From: Candidatus Eiseniibacteriota bacterium
Lineage (GTDB): Bacteria; Eisenbacteria; RBG-16-71-46; DASYSL01
Length of the DNA: 45,161 nucleotides
NCBI GenBank assembly: GCA_046598045.1
Contig: JBKJJJ010000021.1
Location: forward strand, 1 to 45,161
Reading direction: 5' to 3'
The position numbers were made by a program, and so were the translations under genes. Positions 29,085 to 37,347 of the stretch are shown one piece after another (within the stretch, counting starts at the first letter, position 1; each line of letters starts with the position of its first letter). The notes beneath the pieces were generated by a model that did no database searches, was not told where the DNA came from, and was given only the letters and a program-made list of their open reading frames with translations.

Positions 29085-30896
29085 TTACTTGCGAGTCCTG
29101 AAGTTCCAGGTCGCCGAGTACGCGCTCGTACCGTTGGTGTTCGTGGCATTCACTTGCCAATAGTACGTGATCCGACTGCCGAGCTGCGGCAGCGTCACCG
29201 AGGTCGAGGTGATCCCCGCCTGGTCATACACGGTCGTCGTGAACGACGAACTGGTGGAGACCTGGACCCGATAGGAACTCGCTCCAGCCGAAGCATTCCA
29301 AGACAGCGTGGGGGTTCTCGACACCGCCGTGGATCCGCTCGTTGGCGAGACCAGCGTCGGCGCGGCCGGCGGGCTGCCGGCTCCGGTCGTGAAGCTGAAG
29401 ACCGTGGACCATCCGCTGGTGCCTCCCGCATTCGTCGCGTTCGCCCGCCAGTAGTAAAGCGTGGTGCTGGCGAGGCCAGCCACCGTGGTCGAGGTCCCCG
29501 TGAGGCCGGGCTGATCGCTGACCAGCGTCGTGAACGTGGGGCTGGTCGAAACCTGGACCTCGTACGTGGAAGCCCCGGACGATGCGTTCCAGGACAGCGT
29601 GGGGCTGGTGGAGACACCCGTGGCACCGTTCGCCGGAGTCAGGAGCACGGGTGCCGCCGGCGGAGGCGGAGGCGGACCGGTGACGATGAGCGAGTAGAGC
29701 AGCAGGTTCGCCGTGCCGGCCGGCAAACCGCTGATCTTGTTCACCGACGCCGTCGAAGCCAGGGCGCTTGCAACCTGGGCGGGCGTCGCCGAGGGGTTGG
29801 CTTCGAGGTAGAGCGCCACGGCTCCGGCCACGTGCGGCGCCGACATGGAAGTGCCGGAGATGGTGTTGGTTGCGGTGTTCGAAGTGTTCCAGGCCGACGT
29901 GATATTCACACCGGGGGCCTGAATGTCCACAATGCTGCCGAAATTCGAGAAACTGGCGAACCCATCGCTGATGTCGGTGGCTCCGACGGTAATGGCCTCC
30001 GCCACGTCCGCCGGCGACTGGGTCGATGCGTCGACGGAAGAATTACCGGCTGACACGCAATAGGTGACGCCATCTGCGATGGAATTCCTCACAGCGGCGT
30101 CGAGCGCCGTCGAGATAGGGCCGCCCAGCGACATGTTCGCCACCGCGGGGCGCGTGGTGTGGTCCGCCGTCACCCAGTCCACGCCCGCGATGACTTGTGA
30201 ATAGGAGCCGGAACCGCTGTTGTCGAGCACCCGCACCGCGATCAGGCGAACGCCCTTCGCCATGCCGTACGAGGTGCCACCGGTCGTGCCGGCCGTGTGC
30301 GTGCCGTGGCCATTCCCGTCGTCCGCGGTGCCTCCCGGAGTGATCTCATCGACTCCTTTGACTGCCCGGCCGCCAAAATCCGTGTGCGTGAAACGAATGC
30401 CGGTATCGATCATGTAAGCGTCGACCCCGGCGCCTGTCTGGTTGTAGCTGTAGGAGTTGTCCAGCGGAAGCGAGTGTTGATCGACGCGATCCAATCCCCA
30501 CGAGGGGGGATTGGTCTGAGTTCCCACCGCGTGCGCAATCTGATCCTGTTCGATGTAGGCGACGCGCGGATCGTTCCGCAGCGCATCGATCACCGCCGCA
30601 GGCAACTTTGCGGCGAACCCCCGGAGAGCGTGCTTGTAGCGGAACTGTGCCGCGATGCCGTGGCGCGCATCCAATTCATCCACGACCTGGTCCACGTCCC
30701 CTACCGTCTGCTTGAACACGACGATGTAGGCACCGTCGATAGCCTTTCCGCCGGCCGTTCGAGTGATCACCGACGCCGGTGCGGTAGAGCTGCCGAGCTG
30801 CGGTCCCGCGAGATTCGAAGGGGACTTCGAACATCCGGGCGCGAGCAGCGCGAACAGCGCCCCGAGTGCGTACATCCTGAGATGGGGGATTCTCAC
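29085..30896 (-). CDS. S8 subtilase (aqualysin/proteinase K-like) with I9 propeptide and two FN3-like domains; probable lipoprotein
   Basis: IDTGI, GHGTHTAG, SGTSMSAPHVAG triad; SWGLDRVDQ; LAPGC lipobox-like; Pro linker; two P.L..P...SW......Y.VQVST repeats; AGGAGG RBS. Confidence 0.95.
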   Translation of the reverse strand: MRIPHLRMYALGALFALLAPGCSKSPSNLAGPQLGSSTAPASVITRTAGGKAIDGAYIVVFKQTVGDVDQVVDELDARHGIAAQFRYKHALRGFAAKLPAAVIDALRNDPRVAYIEQDQIAHAVGTQTNPPSWGLDRVDQHSLPLDNSYSYNQTGAGVDAYMIDTGIRFTHTDFGGRAVKGVDEITPGGTADDGNGHGTHTAGTTGGTSYGMAKGVRLIAVRVLDNSGSGSYSQVIAGVDWVTADHTTRPAVANMSLGGPISTALDAAVRNSIADGVTYCVSAGNSSVDASTQSPADVAEAITVGATDISDGFASFSNFGSIVDIQAPGVNITSAWNTSNTATNTISGTSMSAPHVAGAVALYLEANPSATPAQVASALASTASVNKISGLPAGTANLLLYSLIVTGPPPPPPAAPVLLTPANGATGVSTSPTLSWNASSGASTYEVQVSTSPTFTTLVSDQPGLTGTSTTVAGLASTTLYYWRANATNAGGTSGWSTVFSFTTGAGSPPAAPTLVSPTSGSTAVSRTPTLSWNASAGASSYRVQVSTSSSFTTTVYDQAGITSTSVTLPQLGSRITYYWQVNATNTNGTSAYSATWNFRTRK

Positions 30897-31165
30897 GTGA
30901 TCCTCCTGCGGGAGGGGGTAGTTGTCCGCGCCTCCGAGCGGGCGCGAGAGGCAGAGATGTTACGACATTGTCAAGGGCGCAGGAAGCCAAAAACACGCTG
31001 GCCGAATGGACCGGCGAACGAGCCACCCTGCTCGATAGTGGGTCACTCGCCGAAGCGTTTCACGTTTTCAATTTGCCCGCCGCCACGGAGCGACCGACAT
31101 CGAGCGCTCTGGCCGGAGGTGAGCGAGGAACCGGGAAGACTCTCATCCCAAAGGAGAATCGCAAC

Positions 31166-31564
31166 ATGCACCACTCATTCGGTTCCGCCGTTCTCGTCAT
31201 GACCTTCCTGGTCGCGATCACAGGCGCGGCCGTGGCCCAACAGGGTCCCCCGAGCAACATGATCTACGCCCACGACGTGCTCTACACGGGGGTCAATACG
31301 CCCACCGATCTCCCCAACCATGGCCTGTTCAACGCGATCTACCCGCTCGGTGCGGGCTTGAAGGCAGTCTCCGAGGCCGCCCCGGGGGAAGCCGGCTATC
31401 GGGGCGGACGCTGGGAAGTCCACCCGATCACCTTCCTTACGATCGCGCCACGCCAATTCACGAACGCCGAGGATATCCTCGCTGCGGCGGGGCGTGGTGA
31501 GGTGCGCATCGGAGGGGTTGTCAAACGGTTCGAGTGTCCGCTAATCCCGATCAATACCCGGTAA
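31166..31564 (+). CDS. Small secreted hypothetical protein (132 aa)
   Basis: AAGGAG RBS; signal peptide ending AAVA-Q; APGEAGYRGGRWEV; FECPLI. Confidence 0.8.
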   Translation: MHHSFGSAVLVMTFLVAITGAAVAQQGPPSNMIYAHDVLYTGVNTPTDLPNHGLFNAIYPLGAGLKAVSEAAPGEAGYRGGRWEVHPITFLTIAPRQFTNAEDILAAAGRGEVRIGGVVKRFECPLIPINTR

Positions 31565-31570
31565 GACCTG

Positions 31571-31597
31571 GAGGGCTGGGGATTGTCCCCGGCCCTC
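31571..31597 (+). terminator. Hairpin after 31166..31564
   Basis: GAGGGCTGGGGA-TTG-TCCCCGGCCCTC stem-loop just after the stop; no clear U tract. Confidence 0.45.
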
Positions 31598-31715
31598 TGC
31601 CGCCTTGCGCCGGATGTGCCCACGACGCCGGGAATTCCGGGACGGTTCAGTCACAGGGTGCTCCCGGTGCCGTAGGCAGACCGTGGCGACAGCCACCCGG
31701 TGGGAGGAATGTTTC

Positions 31716-32222
31716 GTGCGATCGAAAATCGGAGCAGGAATTGTCGCCGGCCTCGGGGCTGGAATCCTTTTCGGCATGTTGATGCAGATGATGACCACGT
31801 CCGCCCCCGGCGGCATGCGCATGCCGATGATGGCCATGGTCGCGCGCGTGGTCCATTCGGACAACCTGGCCGTGGGTTGGCTTTACCATCTATTCAATAG
31901 CATGGTCATCGGAGCCCTCTTCGGTTGGCTCCTCGGAAACCGAGTGCGCGGCGCCCGGTCGGGCGCCGTCTGGGGCATCCTCTACGGGCTCGTCTGGTGG
32001 GTGCTCGGTGGAATCATCCTGATGCCCGTCCTTCTCGGGATGCCCGCGTTCGCCCCACTCCAGATGCCCGAAATGCGCCCGGTCGCGATGGGCAGCCTCA
32101 TGGGCCATGGTCTCTACGGAGTCGTACTGGGCCTCGGCTACACATGGCTCCGTGAGCGAGGCCGTAGTGACGCCGGCATGGGTGGACCGGCCGGCACGTC
32201 CCCCCCCGCGGGCAGGCGCTAA
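31716..32222 (+). CDS. Met/His-containing 4-TM membrane protein
   Basis: GGAGGA RBS then GTG; GIVAGLGAGILFG, GWLYHL, GILYGLVWW, SLMGHGLYGVVLG. Confidence 0.85.
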   Translation: MRSKIGAGIVAGLGAGILFGMLMQMMTTSAPGGMRMPMMAMVARVVHSDNLAVGWLYHLFNSMVIGALFGWLLGNRVRGARSGAVWGILYGLVWWVLGGIILMPVLLGMPAFAPLQMPEMRPVAMGSLMGHGLYGVVLGLGYTWLRERGRSDAGMGGPAGTSPPAGRR

Positions 32223-32425
32223 CGCGACCTGGTTTGGGTGGGCTTCCCGAAGTGCCTCTGTTGCCAATCCGCAGTGCAAGCCTGTGACCAGGCTGCTCGC
32301 CGACCTGAGCCACGTCGCTTGAGCCGTGCGGCACCGGGTCGCGCCGCCAGTCGCGTGGCTGCGCGGAACGGTGTACCTTATCTCCCTCGACCCGCTCACC
32401 CGGTGCCCGCCAGGGAGGTTGCCCC

Positions 32426-34597
32426 ATGCGTATCGTCGTCCGTTCCGCGCTCCTCACCGTGATTCTCGCAGCCGCCGCGAGCGGTGCCGCATCCGCGCAA
32501 CCATGGAGCTACCCGCCCACCCGCCAGGCGCCGGTGACGGACACGTACTTCGGCGTCCCGGTCGTGGACAACTATCGCTGGATCGAGAATGTCGCCGACA
32601 GCGAGGTCCAGGGCTGGCTCAAGTCGCAGGCCGACCTCACGAGCAGCGGGCTCGATCGGATCCCGGGGCGCGACGCCCTGATGAATGACTTCGTGCGCCT
32701 CGATGCCCTGCGGCCGGCGAGCATCACCTCGGTTACGAGGAAGGGCGGGCGCGTCTTCTACAAGAAGACGCTGCCCAGCGAGAGCGTCGGACGTCTCTTC
32801 TATCGCGAGGGGCTGAACGGGAAGGAAACCGTGCTGTTCGACCCCACGGAGGGTGCGGCGGGGAAAAGCGTCTCGCTCTCGTTCTACGCCGTCACCGAGG
32901 ATGGCAAGAAGGTCGCGCTCGGCGTCGCCGAGGGCGGCTCCGAGTCGGCCACGATTCGCATCATGAACGTCGGGGACCGGACGTTCTATCCCGAGAGCAT
33001 CGCGCCGAGCTGGCAGGGCATCGGGGGCTGGACGAAGGACGGCGCGGGCTTCACGTACAACCTGATGAACTCGACGGACGTGCATGACACGGACCGCGAG
33101 CTCAACACCCGGACCTGCTATCACGCCGTCGGCACGGACCCGAAGAGCGACCCGGTCGTCCTCTCGGCGGCAAAGTACCCGGCGCTGGGCATGAAGGCCG
33201 AGGACATTCCGGAGGTGGAGTTCAGCGACGATTTCAAGTACGTCTTCGGGACCGCCTCCACCGTCCGGAACGAACTGACGGTGTTCTTCGCCCCGGCGAG
33301 CGAACTGCTGAAACCGATCATTGCATGGAGGCCCCTGCTCAAGCCCGCGGACCAGGTCGTGTCGTTCGTGGCCCACGGGGACATGCTGTACATGCGCTCG
33401 CACCGGGATGCGCCGCGCTATCGCGTCCTGGCCATGAGCCTGCTGCGCCCCGACGTGAGCGGGGCCAAGGAGGTCGTGCCCGAGGGCGAGAACGTGATCA
33501 TCGGGCTGGGACGTACGCGCGATGACTTGCTGGTCACGACCACCGACGGGGTCAACGCGCGGCTTTATCGCGCCGCTTTCGCCAATCTCAAGCCCGAGGA
33601 GGTGACACTGCCGGGCAAGGGGACGGTCGGCGCGTCAGGCTACGACGCCACGTCGAACGACGCGGAGGTGATCCTCACGTCGTGGAACAAGCCGCCCCGG
33701 CGCTACGAGCTCGACGTCGCCACGAACAAGCTGTCCACGAGCCCGCTCGACGTGCAGGCCAGCTACCCGGGTCTCGACGACGTCGCGGTCGAGGAAGTGG
33801 AGGCGAGGGCGCAGGACGGCACGATGATCCCGCTCACCATTCTCCACGAGAAGAACACCCCGCTCGACGGCAGCGCGAATTGCTATCTCTCCGGCTACGG
33901 CGCCTACGGCATCTCGCGCACGCCGAGCTTCAACATCATGAACCTGGCGCTCGTCCAGCGCGGAGTGGTCGTGGCCGTGGCGCACGTGCGCGGTGGCGGC
34001 GAGAAGGGCTTCGCGTGGTATCACGCCGGCTACAAGGCTACGAAGGCGAACACCTGGAACGACTTCCTCGCGTGCGCCGAGTACCTGGTTGATCACAAGT
34101 ACACCAGTCCGCCGAAGCTATTTGCCGGGGGCACGAGCGCGGGCGGCATCCTCGTCGGCCGTTCCATCACCGAGCGGCCGGACCTGTTCGGCGCCGCCAT
34201 CTGCAACGTGCCGTGCGCGAACGCCCTGCGCCTGGAGAACTCACCGAACGGGCCCGTGAACACGCCCGAGTTCGGCACCGTGAGGGATTCCGCGGAGTGT
34301 CGCGGGCTCATGGAGATGGACGCGTTCCAGCACGTGAAGGATGACACGAAGTACCCGGCCGTGATCTGCGTCGGTGGCTTCAACGACCCGCGCGTGATCG
34401 TGTGGCAGCCAGCGAAGTTCGCTGCCGCGCTCCAGCACGCGACGTCCTCGGGCAAGCCGGTCTTCCTGCAGGTGAACTACGACAACGGGCACTTCACGGA
34501 GGACAAGAAGGTCGCCTTCCGGAACTTCGCGAACATGTACGCATTCTGCCTGTGGCAGACCGGCAACCCGCAGTTCCGGATGAGCATGCCGAACTGA
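32426..34597 (+). CDS. Secreted prolyl oligopeptidase (S9A)
   Basis: DTYFGVPVVDNYRWIE, GYGAYG, HVRGGGEKG, nucleophile GTSAGG, NDPRV, NGH. Confidence 0.95.
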   Translation: MRIVVRSALLTVILAAAASGAASAQPWSYPPTRQAPVTDTYFGVPVVDNYRWIENVADSEVQGWLKSQADLTSSGLDRIPGRDALMNDFVRLDALRPASITSVTRKGGRVFYKKTLPSESVGRLFYREGLNGKETVLFDPTEGAAGKSVSLSFYAVTEDGKKVALGVAEGGSESATIRIMNVGDRTFYPESIAPSWQGIGGWTKDGAGFTYNLMNSTDVHDTDRELNTRTCYHAVGTDPKSDPVVLSAAKYPALGMKAEDIPEVEFSDDFKYVFGTASTVRNELTVFFAPASELLKPIIAWRPLLKPADQVVSFVAHGDMLYMRSHRDAPRYRVLAMSLLRPDVSGAKEVVPEGENVIIGLGRTRDDLLVTTTDGVNARLYRAAFANLKPEEVTLPGKGTVGASGYDATSNDAEVILTSWNKPPRRYELDVATNKLSTSPLDVQASYPGLDDVAVEEVEARAQDGTMIPLTILHEKNTPLDGSANCYLSGYGAYGISRTPSFNIMNLALVQRGVVVAVAHVRGGGEKGFAWYHAGYKATKANTWNDFLACAEYLVDHKYTSPPKLFAGGTSAGGILVGRSITERPDLFGAAICNVPCANALRLENSPNGPVNTPEFGTVRDSAECRGLMEMDAFQHVKDDTKYPAVICVGGFNDPRVIVWQPAKFAAALQHATSSGKPVFLQVNYDNGHFTEDKKVAFRNFANMYAFCLWQTGNPQFRMSMPN

Positions 34598-34699
34598 AGC
34601 CGGCTCGATTCGACCCGGTGCTCGCGAGGCAGAGCGAACGCCTCGCGCTGCGGCCCGCCTGGTCGGCGAGCGCGCAGGCGCGGAAGGCTCGCGGTCTTC

Positions 34700-35086
34700 T
34701 TAGCCCTTTACCTTCTCGATCATATGGTTGATGACCTGGCTGTGCTCGCGCTGGGGGCTGAACATGATGATCTCCGCGTCGGCGTCGACCTTGACGTTGT
34801 GCCCGGGCGGCCAGTAGAAGAGGTCATTCGCCTTCACCGTCTCCTGCGCGCCCTTCGCGTCGATCGTAGTGAGCTGGCCGCGCAAGACGAACCCCCAGTG
34901 GGGGCACTGGCAGAGGTTGCCTTCCAGGCCTTGGAAGAGCGGCGTGGTATCGACGCCCGCCGAGAGAGTGAAATACTCGCCGCTGATCTTGCCGAATCCG
35001 CTCACGTCTCCAAATTCCGTTCGCTGGCGGATCACTGCGCCGGGAATCTCCATCCGGACGTCCACGTCCTCTTTTGCCACTCGCAT
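34700..35086 (-). CDS. Cupin-domain protein
   Basis: CQCPHWGFVLRG...DLFYWPPGH cupin motifs; AAGGAG RBS. Confidence 0.88.
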   Translation of the reverse strand: MRVAKEDVDVRMEIPGAVIRQRTEFGDVSGFGKISGEYFTLSAGVDTTPLFQGLEGNLCQCPHWGFVLRGQLTTIDAKGAQETVKANDLFYWPPGHNVKVDADAEIIMFSPQREHSQVINHMIEKVKG

Positions 35087-35199
35087 GTTCGAATCTCCTT
35101 TGTGACGGGGTTAGCTCCGACTAGAACGTTTGGTCGGCTCGGGTGAAATACGCCGAATGAGTGAGTCCCAATTTTCGTTGAAATGAGGGCAGCTCCAAG

Positions 35200-35330
35200 C
35201 AGAATACACCGGTTCAGGGCGAGTGGATCGTCGCATCACCCACAAGCTGTTTGGGAACCATCCGAAAATCAGCTGCGGTTGCGATCCGGGCGCTGACCCC
35301 GTCTCTCCCATGAGGTTGCATCGGCATCGG
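35200..35330 (-). repeat. Possible highly decayed copy of the recombinase-end motif (copy B)
   Basis: Minus strand ATGCAACCTCATGGGAGAGACGGGGTCAGCGCCCGGATC aligns loosely with CAGCCACATATGGCTCGCCGCATGGGTCCGTGCGAACC (39870-39907). Confidence 0.3.
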
Positions 35331-35445
35331 CTGCCGGATTGAACTGGACCTCCCTCTCCCAATTAGCCTATCTTTGATGGCCCGCGCGGCTGTCGCGCCT
35401 GATGCGTGAAGCCCAACGCCGGGAGTCCCCTCCTTGGAGGTCGTC

Positions 35446-36081
35446 ATGACCATTGGCAAACGAATCCTCACTCTCACCGCGTTCCTGGTGGCCGCGCTTC
35501 TGGCCCCGGCGGTGTCGCATGCCCAGTGCGACGCTCCCACGGTGTGCATCCCGCAGCCGACCTGCGCCTACGCCGGCCCGGGTGTGGTTGTCTATCCGCC
35601 CACCTCCATGGCCCTGCGCAATCTCGCGTTGCGGAATCCGAGCCATTGCGAGCCGCCGCCTTCGCCCGGTGCGATCAGCGACAGCTTCTTCGACATTTTC
35701 TACGACTTCGAGATCAGCTATGACTCCGGGGGTACCTGGCATCCCAGGTCGGGCTCGACGACGGGCACGATCCGCATGATGTCGCCCGCTCCGGGCGCCC
35801 CGATCGAGCTCGAGCTGCTCGCGCTGGAGCTCGTCGACGTGGTCGGCGGGTTCCGCCTCCGGGAGTGCCCGTCGAGGCCATCGCACGGCCGTGAGGCTGC
35901 CGCCCCGAACGCAGGCGGCTTCCACATCGACAGTTTCTTCGATGTATTCACTGAATTGAGCCTCGACGGCGGCCAGAGCTGGGTCGATGCACCGCAGTCG
36001 GATCACCTCGAGATCGGCCCGGGTTCGCCGACTCCGGCCCGCAGCTCGAGCTGGGGAACGGTCAAGGCGATCTATCGCTGA
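35446..36081 (+). CDS. Secreted protein with duplicated DSFFD motif and C-terminal SWGTVKAIYR tail
   Basis: GGAGG RBS; signal peptide ending SHA-Q; DSFFDIFYDFEISYDSGGTW and DSFFDVFTELSLDGGQSW; ends PTPARSSSWGTVKAIYR. Confidence 0.87.
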   Translation: MTIGKRILTLTAFLVAALLAPAVSHAQCDAPTVCIPQPTCAYAGPGVVVYPPTSMALRNLALRNPSHCEPPPSPGAISDSFFDIFYDFEISYDSGGTWHPRSGSTTGTIRMMSPAPGAPIELELLALELVDVVGGFRLRECPSRPSHGREAAAPNAGGFHIDSFFDVFTELSLDGGQSWVDAPQSDHLEIGPGSPTPARSSSWGTVKAIYR

Positions 36082-36114
36082 TAGGGCATGACCTCCTGGC
36101 AACGCCCGTAGCCC

Positions 36115-36151
36115 ACGACCACCGCCATCCAAACGGCGGTGGTCGTCTTTT
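36115..36151 (+). terminator. Rho-independent terminator
   Basis: ACGACCACCGCC-8 nt-GGCGGTGGTCGT perfect 12-bp stem then CTTTT. Confidence 0.85.
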
Positions 36152-36258
36152 ATGAGGGTCGTCCTCGTATCCCAGGATCAGCGTCGCGTCCCCGAATTCC
36201 TCGGCGAGGCAGCCTGGCCTTGCCCGGACTCCGTGGACAGCTGGTTCAACGCTTCGGT

Positions 36259-36774
36259 TCAGCGGAATTTCACGGTCGCTTCCCCGCAGCCCACTCCCTG
36301 AATCCAGATGTTCTGAATTCCGGGCTGGTCCGGATCCAAGTCCACCGCGGAGACGATCATCTTCGCTGTAAACGATTCGTCCACCCCGTCCCCCGCCCGG
36401 TAGAAATCGGCCTGCATGACGATGGTCTGGTCATCGGTCACCGCGGTCTTCAGAGGCTCCGCCGCGGACCCCGTACATTTAAAACCTGTGGAGGAGAGGA
36501 TTTCGGAAGCATCCCAACGAACCCCCTCGCCCGCCTTGCAACCCGCGAGCGGCCCCTGGTCGATGTCCTTCGTGCAGCGAAATCCCCCTCCGGTCTGCAG
36601 GGACCCGGATTGCGGATCGTAGGAACCGCCACCCGTGAGAAAGACGTCGCCGCTCGGGAAACCGCTGATGCTCCCGGCGTTGAAGCCGAAGGAATGATGG
36701 GTCCCCTGACTGTGCGCGTTTGAGATCGGCGCGAGCAAGGCGCCGAACACCAATACAGCCGCCAACGGCTTCAT
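36259..36774 (-). CDS. Secreted hypothetical protein (171 aa, 4 Cys)
   Basis: MKPLAAVLVFGALLAPISNAHS signal peptide; GGGGGA RBS; C-terminal part of ORF 36259..37338. Confidence 0.8.
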   Translation of the reverse strand: MKPLAAVLVFGALLAPISNAHSQGTHHSFGFNAGSISGFPSGDVFLTGGGSYDPQSGSLQTGGGFRCTKDIDQGPLAGCKAGEGVRWDASEILSSTGFKCTGSAAEPLKTAVTDDQTIVMQADFYRAGDGVDESFTAKMIVSAVDLDPDQPGIQNIWIQGVGCGEATVKFR

Positions 36775-36844
36775 GGCGTGTTCCCCCAGTGAATCGTGAG
36801 CTGCGTCGCGACCCTCGTGGCATCCAGCGGCAACCGCGACGTGC

Positions 36845-37195
36845 CGTCCGCTGTGGAACAAATCGATGTACTCGAAGATGCCCTTCTTCGATTCGTCTCT
36901 CGTCTCGTAGCGCTGCTCGTGCATCCACTCGATCTTCATCGATCCGAAGAAGTTCCCCGCCTTCGCGTTGTCGCAACAGTTCCCGCGCCGGCTCATGCTC
37001 GAGAAGGTCCCTGGAGCCGTCACCCTGGCCCGCGGCGCCTCCGAGGCATGCGGCACGCCCCGACACCCGAGCGCAGGATCCGACCGCTCTCGAGCCGAGG
37101 CCGACGAGCGGCGTGATCGGGCGCGTCGAGAACCAGAGCCGTGTTCCCCAAACCTGGGCCACGCGCAGTCATGAGCATCACCTACCCAGCAAAAC
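36845..37195 (-). mobile_element. IS3-family transposase (rve core) remnant
   Basis: WVGD..., RGVPHASEA..., SMSRRGNCCDNAKAGNFFGSMKIEW...IFEYIDLFH resembles IS3 WVxDITY / HSDRGxQY / SMSRxGNCxDNAxxExFFxxLKxE; catalytic Glu position is Gly. Confidence 0.85.
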
Positions 37196-37273
37196 ACCGA
37201 AGCAAGGGAAAGTCGCGAGAGCCGCCCGAACGGGAGGAAGGCAAAGACCGGCCCGCTCGCGCAGGCCCGGACT

Positions 37274-37317
37274 GCAGACAGCCACATTTGGCTGGGGCGT
37301 TGGTCTGGGTGCGAACC
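37274..37317 (+). repeat. Recombinase-end/att-like motif (copy C)
   Basis: GCAGACAGCCACATTTGGCT (37274-37293) vs GCAGACAGCCACATATGGCT (39865-39884), 19/20 identical; both followed by GTGCGAACC. Confidence 0.7.
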
Positions 37318-37347
37318 ACGCAATTCATTGCTGCGCATCGACCGTTA

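Noticed and set aside
30958..30974. TTGACA (minus strand) with near-palindrome ATGTTACGACAT upstream of the subtilase
   Set aside because: No acceptable -10 element at 16-18 nt spacing, so not called as a promoter.
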